Source: Delftia acidovorans NBRC 14950
GTDB taxonomy: Bacteria; Pseudomonadota; Gammaproteobacteria; Burkholderiales; Burkholderiaceae_C
DNA length: 32,000 nucleotides
Assembly (NCBI RefSeq): GCF_001598795.1
Contig: NZ_BCZP01000017.1
Span: 30,001 to 62,000 of the forward strand
Reading direction: 5' to 3'
The position numbers and the translations under genes were made by a program. Positions 25,883 to 32,000 of the stretch are shown here, piece by piece. Within the stretch, counting starts at the first letter, position 1, and each line of letters begins with the position of its first letter. The notes under the pieces are model-generated. The model was not told the DNA's origin and did no database searches. It was given only the letters and a program-made list of their open reading frames with translations.

Positions 25883-26497
25883 ATGAGCAACCCGGATGTC
25901 CCCGACAGCGTCCACTACAAGGTGGGCGTTCTCACGCGCCAGCTGCATGACTCGCTCAACGAGCTGGGCTATGCGGACCGATTGCGCGGCAGCATGGGAG
26001 AGCTGCCGGACGCGCAAAGCCGCCTTTCCTACATTGCGCGGCTGACCGGAGAAGCCGCCGAGAAGGTTCTGAACCGCGTCGAATTGGCCAAGGTCCAGCA
26101 GGACCGGCTGGCCGAGCGTGTACGCGCCATGCGGGCACAGATGGTCGAGGACCCCGTGGCGGCCGTGGCCAAGGGCCGGGTGATGAACTTCCTGGAGGAA
26201 GTCGAGCAGGGCACGCAGCAGGCCGACGAGCACCTTACCGAGATCATGATGTCCCAGGACTTCCACGATCTCACGGGCCAGGTCATTGCCCGCGTGGTCT
26301 CGCTGGCCGCCGATCTGGAGGACCAGCTGGTGCAGTTGCTCATCCAGACCTCGCCCAACCCGCAGCAGACGGCGCTGGAGCCCCTGGAAAAGCCCAAGGA
26401 GCACCTCGCCGGCCCCGTGGTCGATCCCGAAAAGACGCCCGACGTGGTGACTTCGCAGTCCCAGGTGGACGATCTCCTGGCCAGCCTGGGATTCTGA
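25883..26497 (+). CDS. cheZ: CheY-P phosphatase CheZ
   Basis: 204 aa. The catalytic-Gln context QDFHDLTGQVIARV and the CheY-binding C terminus VDDLLASLGF are present. Confidence 0.93.
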   Translation: MSNPDVPDSVHYKVGVLTRQLHDSLNELGYADRLRGSMGELPDAQSRLSYIARLTGEAAEKVLNRVELAKVQQDRLAERVRAMRAQMVEDPVAAVAKGRVMNFLEEVEQGTQQADEHLTEIMMSQDFHDLTGQVIARVVSLAADLEDQLVQLLIQTSPNPQQTALEPLEKPKEHLAGPVVDPEKTPDVVTSQSQVDDLLASLGF

Positions 26498-26718
26498 TCA
26501 CCCCGGGGGGCGCCCGGCGCCTCCCCTCTCATTGCAGGGCAGCCTCTTTCGCTTGGGCGCAAGGGGCTGACTGCCATCTTCGCGGCGCCCTTGCACCATG
26601 CGGCTGCCGTTCCTCCCCTTGTGCAGACAGCACATAAGCGCCGCTTGAGCCCCGCTTATCGGGGCTTCGCCTGCCTGGCTTGTTCCGACAATGACGCAAA
26701 TCCTTCCGTCATTGCGCC

Positions 26719-27894
26719 ATGGACTCCAGCCAAGACAAAAGCCTTCCCGCCACCGAACGCAAACTGCAGAAAACGCGTTCTGACGGCCAGGGTGCGCGCT
26801 CTCGGGACCTGTCGCACCTGGCCATCCTGGGCACGGGCGCGCTGATGATGCTGATGGGCGCCGAGCCCCTGATCCAGCACCTGCGAATGGCACTGGCCCA
26901 GCAGTTGGCCTTCGACGCGCACACGGCCAAGACGCCGGCCCTGATGATGGAGCGCATGCTGTCCATGGGCAGCCTGGGTCTGAAGATTTCCCTGATCGTT
27001 GCCGCCGTGACCACGGGTGCGGCCCTGGTGTCGGGCATGCTGGCCGGCGGCTGGATCCTGAGCCTCAAGCCCATCCAACCCCAGTTCAACCGCCTCAATC
27101 CGCTGTCGGGCCTGACCAACCTGTTTTCCAAGCAGCAGATGGTGACCGTGGTGAAGATGGTGGTGATGACGGCCATCCTCTCCTTCGTGGCCTGGAAGTT
27201 CCTGAGCGGCCATCTCGCCGAGATCGCCGCCATCTCCTCCCAGCCCTCGGCCATGGCGCTGTCCATGACGGGGCAATGGCTGGCCAGCGGCGTGGCCCTG
27301 CTGCTGCTGGTGGTATTCCTGATGGCCGTGATCGACGTGCCGCTGCAGGCCTACCTGTTCAAGTCGCGCCTGAAGATGAGCCACGAGGAAGTCAAGCAGG
27401 AGCACAAGGAATCCGACGGCAACCCGCAGATCAAGAGCAAGATCCGCCAGAAGCAGCGCGAGATCGCCGACCGCGCCAGCGTCAACGCCGTGCCGCGCGC
27501 CGACTTCGTGGTCACCAACCCGACGCACTATGCCGTGGCCCTGCGCTACGACGAAAAGACCATGGCCGCCCCGCAGGTCATCTCCAAGGGCACGGACCTG
27601 GTGGCGCTGAAGATCCGCGAAGTCGCGGGCGCCCACAAGATCCCGGTGCTCGAATCCCCCATGCTGGCGCGTGCCCTGTACGCACACGCCGATCTGGACC
27701 AGGCCATTCCCGCCGCGCTGTACACGGCCGTGGCCCAGGTCCTGGCCTATGTCTACCGCCTGAAGGCCGCGCTGCGCGGCGAAGGCCCCATGCCTGGCGA
27801 TCTCGGCGAACCCGTCGTGCCCGCCGAACTCGATCCGCACCAGGGCCGCCGCGCGCCAGGCGCCGCCGCGACCACTGAAGGTACTGCTCCATGA
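26719..27894 (+). CDS. flhB: Flagellar type III export protein FlhB
   Basis: 391 aa. N terminus DKSLPATERKLQKTRSDGQGARSRDL, the NPTH autocleavage site (VVTNPTHYAVAL), and an ATGA overlap with flhA. Confidence 0.95.
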   Translation: MDSSQDKSLPATERKLQKTRSDGQGARSRDLSHLAILGTGALMMLMGAEPLIQHLRMALAQQLAFDAHTAKTPALMMERMLSMGSLGLKISLIVAAVTTGAALVSGMLAGGWILSLKPIQPQFNRLNPLSGLTNLFSKQQMVTVVKMVVMTAILSFVAWKFLSGHLAEIAAISSQPSAMALSMTGQWLASGVALLLLVVFLMAVIDVPLQAYLFKSRLKMSHEEVKQEHKESDGNPQIKSKIRQKQREIADRASVNAVPRADFVVTNPTHYAVALRYDEKTMAAPQVISKGTDLVALKIREVAGAHKIPVLESPMLARALYAHADLDQAIPAALYTAVAQVLAYVYRLKAALRGEGPMPGDLGEPVVPAELDPHQGRRAPGAAATTEGTAP

Positions 27895-29990
27895 CGACGA
27901 ATCCGCTCCAATCCCTGCAATCGATGTGGTCGAGCGAGAACGCCAAGTTCGCTCAGGGCCTGATGGCGCCGCTGCTGGTGGTGGCCATCCTGGCGCTGAT
28001 GGTGCTGCCCATTCCGCCGTGGCTGCTGGACACCTTCTTCACGCTGAACATCGCCGTGGCGCTGATGGTGATGATGGTGGCGGCCTACATGATCCGGCCG
28101 CTGGACTTCGCGGCCTTCCCGTCGGTGCTGCTGCTGACCACGCTGATGCGCCTGTCGCTGAACGTGGCCTCCACCCGCGTGGTGCTGCTGGAGGGCCACA
28201 CAGGCCCGGGCGCGGCCGGCGCGGTGATCGAGGCCTTCGGCCACTTTCTGATCGGCGGCAACTTCGCCGTCGGCCTGATCGTGTTCGCCATCCTGGTGGT
28301 GATCAACTTCGTGGTGATCACCAAGGGTGCCGAGCGTATCGCCGAAGTCTCGGCCCGCTTCACCCTGGACGCCATGCCCGGCAAGCAGATGGCCGTGGAC
28401 GCCGACCTGAACGCCGGCCTGATCGACGAAAAGGAAGCCAAGCGCCGCCGCGCCGAGGTGCAGGAAGAGGCCAACTTCTTCGGCTCCATGGACGGTGCCA
28501 GCAAGTTCGTGCGCGGCGACGCGGTCGCCGGCATTCTGATCCTGGTGATCAACATCATCGGCGGCTTCGCCATCGGCATGATCCAGCACGGCCTGTCGGC
28601 CGGCCAGGCCGCCGACAGCTACATCCTGCTGGCCGTGGGCGATGCGCTGGTCGCGCAGATCCCCGGCCTGCTGATCTCGGTGGCCGCGGCCATGGTGATC
28701 TCGCGCGTGGGCAAGGAAACCGACATGGGCCAGCAGATCGCGCAACAGCTGTTCATGTCGCCCAAGGTGCTGGGCATCACGGCCGGCGTGCTGGGCCTGC
28801 TGGGCGTCATTCCGGGCATGCCCCACGTCGTGTTCCTGTGCACGGGCGCGCTGCTGGGCTGGCTGGCCTGGATGCTCTCGCGCCGCCAGCAGGAACGCGC
28901 CTCCCAGCAGACCCAGGCGCCCGCACCCGTGGCCGCGCCCAGCGACGGCGAAGCCACCTGGGACGACCTGCAGCCCGTGGACCTGCTCGGCCTGGAACTG
29001 GGCTACCGCCTGATCACCCTGGTGGACAAGGGCCGCCAGGGCGACCTGCTGACCCGCATCAAGGGCGTGCGCCGCAAGTTCGCCCAGGAAGTGGGCTTTC
29101 TGCCCCCGGCCGTGCATGTGCGCGACAACCTGGAGCTCAAGCCCAGCGCCTACCGCATCACCCTGCGCGGCGTGATGGTGGGCGAGGGCGAGGCCTTCCC
29201 CGGCATGTTCCTGGCCATCAATCCGGGCGGCATCAGCACCCCGCTGATCGGCACCCAGACCACCGACCCGGCCTTCGGCCTGCCCGCCCACTGGATCGAC
29301 GAACGCCAGAAGGAAGCGGCACAAATGGCAGGCTTTACCGTGGTTGATTCGGAAACCGTGATGGCCACCCATTTGTCACACTTGATGCAAGTGCATGCCG
29401 CCAAGCTGATCAGCCGTACCGAGACGCAGCAGTTGGTGGAGCATGTGGCCAAACTGGCTCCCAAGCTGATCGAAGAAGTCATTCCGAAAATGGTGTCCAT
29501 CACGACGTTCCAGAAAGTGCTCCAGCTGCTGCTGGAAGACTCGGTGCACGTGCGTGACATCCGCACCATCATCGAGACGCTGGCCGAGCACTCCTCGACC
29601 ACGCAGGACCCTGTCGAGCTGGCCCGCCGCGTGCGCATTGCGCTGTCGCCGTCCATCGTCCAGCAGATCTACGGCCCGACCCGTGAGCTGAACGTCATCG
29701 CCATCGAGCCCGGACTCGAACGCCTGCTGGTGCAGGCCCTGTCCAACCCCGGCTCCCCCTCACTGGATCCCGGCGTGGCCGAGATCCTCACCCAGAAGGC
29801 GGCCGACATGGCCAACCAGCAAGAAGAGCTGGGCCTGCCTGCCTGCCTGCTGGTTCCCGATTCCATCCGCAATTCCATTGCCCGCCTGGTGCGTCGCGTG
29901 GCGCCGCGTCTGCAGGTTCTCGCCCACAGCGAGATCCCCGAAACGCACACCATCCGCATCGGCTCGATTCTTAAAGGTGCATCCGCATGA
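27891..29990 (+). CDS. flhA: Flagellar type III export gate protein FlhA
   Basis: 699 aa. An N-terminal polytopic region carries the conserved block VVITKGAERIAEVSARFTLDAMPGKQMAVDADL. A C-terminal cytoplasmic domain follows. Confidence 0.96.
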   Translation: MTTNPLQSLQSMWSSENAKFAQGLMAPLLVVAILALMVLPIPPWLLDTFFTLNIAVALMVMMVAAYMIRPLDFAAFPSVLLLTTLMRLSLNVASTRVVLLEGHTGPGAAGAVIEAFGHFLIGGNFAVGLIVFAILVVINFVVITKGAERIAEVSARFTLDAMPGKQMAVDADLNAGLIDEKEAKRRRAEVQEEANFFGSMDGASKFVRGDAVAGILILVINIIGGFAIGMIQHGLSAGQAADSYILLAVGDALVAQIPGLLISVAAAMVISRVGKETDMGQQIAQQLFMSPKVLGITAGVLGLLGVIPGMPHVVFLCTGALLGWLAWMLSRRQQERASQQTQAPAPVAAPSDGEATWDDLQPVDLLGLELGYRLITLVDKGRQGDLLTRIKGVRRKFAQEVGFLPPAVHVRDNLELKPSAYRITLRGVMVGEGEAFPGMFLAINPGGISTPLIGTQTTDPAFGLPAHWIDERQKEAAQMAGFTVVDSETVMATHLSHLMQVHAAKLISRTETQQLVEHVAKLAPKLIEEVIPKMVSITTFQKVLQLLLEDSVHVRDIRTIIETLAEHSSTTQDPVELARRVRIALSPSIVQQIYGPTRELNVIAIEPGLERLLVQALSNPGSPSLDPGVAEILTQKAADMANQQEELGLPACLLVPDSIRNSIARLVRRVAPRLQVLAHSEIPETHTIRIGSILKGASA

Positions 29991-31642
29991 ACATCAAACG
30001 CTTCTACGCCCCCACCTCCCGCGAGGCCCTGGCCAAGGCGCGCATGGCTTTCGGAGCGGGCACCCTGATCCTGTCCAACCGCAACACGCCCGATGGCGTC
30101 GAGGTCATGGCCACGGCCGAGGACACGCTGGAACACAGCAAGGCCGCTGCCAGCAGCACGCCGCTGCAGCAGGCCATCGAGCGCCGCTCTGCAGAGGAAA
30201 CCACGGGCCTGCGCCCGCAGGTGCAGGCCAAGCTGATCCAGGCGCAGACCCAGCCGCGCACGGCGCAGCCGGCACTGCAGGCCGCTCAGGCGGCTCCATC
30301 GCGTGCTTCCCAGGCAACGTCGTCGGCGATTGCGCAGGCCATCTCGCAGGCAGCCTCGCTGTCGGCAGACGGTGCCGAGCCGGCCGGCCTGCGCCAAAGC
30401 GTGCAGGAAGACACCGAACAGCTGGCCATGAGCACCCTGTCCTTCCAGGACTATGTGCGCGAACGCATGCTGCGCCGCCGCCACGAGGCCGGCGTTGACG
30501 AGCCGCTGCCCAGCTTTGCCCAGCGCCGCAGCCTGGGCGACGCCCTGCGCGAAGCACCGGCCGCCGCGCCCACGGCTGCACAGCAGCCGTTCAAGGCACA
30601 GCCCGCGCCTTCCGTGGCCCGCCACAACCCGCTGCGCGCCAGCGCCGAAGCCCCGCTGCGCGAGACCCTGCGCAGCGAGCCCGCACCGACCATGGCCTCC
30701 CAGGCACTGCGCGATGAGCTGCAGTCCGTGCGCGACCTGATCGAAGAGCGCTTCAACACCCTGACCTGGCTGGGCCAGACGCGCCAGAACCCCATCCACG
30801 CCAACCTCACGCACAAGCTGATCCGTGCGGGCTACTCCCCCGTGCTGGCCCGCGCCCTGGTCGAGCACATGCCCCAGGACCTGTCCGCCGGCGACGCCGT
30901 GCGCTGGCTGATGCAGGTGCTGGAACGCAATCTGCGCACCGACGCCGACCAGGCCCCGCTGTACGAGCAAGGCGGCGTCTTCGCCCTGGTGGGCTCCACC
31001 GGCGTGGGCAAGACCACGACCACGGCCAAGCTGGCTGCCCTGTGCGCCGCCAAGTACGGCGCCGCCAGCGTCGGCCTGATCACGCTGGACACCTACCGCG
31101 TCGGTGCCCACGACCAGTTGCGCTCCTACGGCCGCATGCTGGGCGTGGTGGCCCATCTGGCCCATGACCGCGCCGCACTGCAGGACCTGCTGGGCCTGCT
31201 GGCCAACAAGCAGCTGGTGCTGATCGACACCACGGGCGTGGCCCCGCGCGATCCGCGCAAGGACGAGATCCTCGACCTGCTGGACCTGCCCGGCATCCAG
31301 AAACTGCTGGCCGTGAACGCGGCCGGCCAGGGCGATGCGCTGGACGATGTGATGCAGGCCTTCAAGGCGCGCGGCTCCAGCCAGGCCATCCTCACCAAGG
31401 TGGACGAGGCCGTGAAGCTGGGCCCTTCGGTGGACACGCTGATCCGCCACCAGATGCAGCTGCGCGGCGTGACCAACGGCCAGCGCGTGCCCGAAGACTG
31501 GGAACGCGCCGATGCGCAGCAACTGGTGTCCGCCTCCATGCGCGCCGCCACCCGCTCGGCCTTCGATCCCAAGGCGCTGGACCTGGACTTCTTCTTCACC
31601 CCGTCCAGCCCCAGCACGGAAGGCGAGATCCACCATGCTTGA
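29987..31642 (+). CDS. flhF: Flagellar biosynthesis GTPase FlhF (SRP-type)
   Basis: 551 aa, with an ATGA overlap with flhA. GTPase motifs: GSTGVGKTTTTAKLA, DTYRVGA, LIDTTG and TKVDE. There is a long Ala/Gln/Pro-rich N-terminal region. Confidence 0.92.
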   Translation: MNIKRFYAPTSREALAKARMAFGAGTLILSNRNTPDGVEVMATAEDTLEHSKAAASSTPLQQAIERRSAEETTGLRPQVQAKLIQAQTQPRTAQPALQAAQAAPSRASQATSSAIAQAISQAASLSADGAEPAGLRQSVQEDTEQLAMSTLSFQDYVRERMLRRRHEAGVDEPLPSFAQRRSLGDALREAPAAAPTAAQQPFKAQPAPSVARHNPLRASAEAPLRETLRSEPAPTMASQALRDELQSVRDLIEERFNTLTWLGQTRQNPIHANLTHKLIRAGYSPVLARALVEHMPQDLSAGDAVRWLMQVLERNLRTDADQAPLYEQGGVFALVGSTGVGKTTTTAKLAALCAAKYGAASVGLITLDTYRVGAHDQLRSYGRMLGVVAHLAHDRAALQDLLGLLANKQLVLIDTTGVAPRDPRKDEILDLLDLPGIQKLLAVNAAGQGDALDDVMQAFKARGSSQAILTKVDEAVKLGPSVDTLIRHQMQLRGVTNGQRVPEDWERADAQQLVSASMRAATRSAFDPKALDLDFFFTPSSPSTEGEIHHA

Positions 31643-32000
31643 AACCTTCCCCCAGCTGCACCAGGGCCTGGGCCTGCACGGCCAGCCCGGCGCCGCCGCG
31701 CCCATGGGCCTGCGTGTGCTGGCCATGCTGCGCGACACGGCCAACGACCCGCAGGGCCAGGCCGAACAATCCCTGCTGTGGCCGGTCTGTGCCAGCCTGC
31801 AGCGCCTGGGCCTGCCCGTTCTGGTGCTGGACGCCAGCCAGGGCGAGTCCCCGGATGCACCGGGCCTGGCGCAGCTGCTGCAGCAAAGCGCCTGGCAGGC
31901 CCGTACCGGCCTGCACCCCGATCCCCGCCACAGCTCGGTGGCCGTGCTGCCGGCCCGCCAGGGCCTGGATCTGCTGCCCCAACAGGCGCGCCAGGCCGGC
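31635..32000 (+). CDS. FlhG/MinD-position protein, 5' part only, with no recognisable Walker A motif
   Basis: The ATG at 31635 overlaps the flhF stop by 8 nt. The frame stays open to the window end (122 codons, so it is absent from the closed-ORF track). The translation is MLETFPQLHQGLGLHGQPGAAAPMGLRVLAMLRDTANDPQGQAEQSLLWPVCASLQRLGLPVLVLDASQGES... The third-codon position is GC-rich, as in neighbouring genes. Confidence 0.6.
   Translation, partial: MLETFPQLHQGLGLHGQPGAAAPMGLRVLAMLRDTANDPQGQAEQSLLWPVCASLQRLGLPVLVLDASQGESPDAPGLAQLLQQSAWQARTGLHPDPRHSSVAVLPARQGLDLLPQQARQAG

Noticed and set aside
26536-26552. GGCAGCCTCTTTCGC upstream of flhB, considered as a sigma54 promoter.
   Set aside because: The spacing is one nucleotide too long (GG-N11-GC) and the flanking bases fit poorly. 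It cannot be supported without data.
24339-31860. Long minus-strand ORFs opposite motB, flhB, flhA and flhF (24339..25187, 26656..27840, 27753..29372, 29669..31744, 31126..31860).
   Set aside because: Same reasoning: they lie antisense to conserved genes, show no motifs and have a composition driven by GC bias.
1-32000. A search by eye for CRISPR arrays, tRNA or rRNA genes, integrases, transposases, toxin-antitoxin pairs or defence-system genes.
   Set aside because: None was found. All sizeable ORFs with sensible composition are accounted for by flagellar, chemotaxis or sugar-modification functions.

Overview
GC-rich flagellar regulon segment, with gene order and protein sequences that look betaproteobacterial (probably Burkholderiales/Comamonadaceae; this is inference only). 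Plus strand, left to right: flgH (5' end cut by the window edge), flgI, flgJ, flgK, flgL, then an orphan degenerate-EAL/HDOD signalling protein that ends at a bidirectional terminator. Minus strand next: fliT, fliS, fliD and two tandem short flagellin genes. An accessory block of about 10.7 kb and 11 genes follows (12404-23108). It encodes an ACP, a KAS III, two SDR reductases, a PglD/VioB-type N-acyltransferase, a Rieske oxygenase, a second atypical LbH protein, an extended FkbM methyltransferase, a DegT-type aminotransferase and two different TPR-bearing glycosyltransferases. I read this as a flagellin glycosylation island. It appears to make an N-hydroxyacylated, methylated amino-deoxy sugar, with extra chemistry (the Rieske oxygenase) that is not part of the canonical pathways I know. 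Its central three genes have markedly lower GC than the rest of the window. After the island come motA, motB, cheY, cheZ, flhB, flhA, flhF and the start of an FlhG-position protein whose Walker A motif appears to be missing. I found FliA (sigma28)-type promoter motifs by eye in front of fliD, fliC2 and cheY, a weaker one before motA, and none before fliC1. No tRNA, rRNA, CRISPR array, integrase or IS element is visible. Many long antisense ORFs in the track are high-GC shadow frames and were rejected. All functional calls rest on motif recognition by eye and no database search was run.
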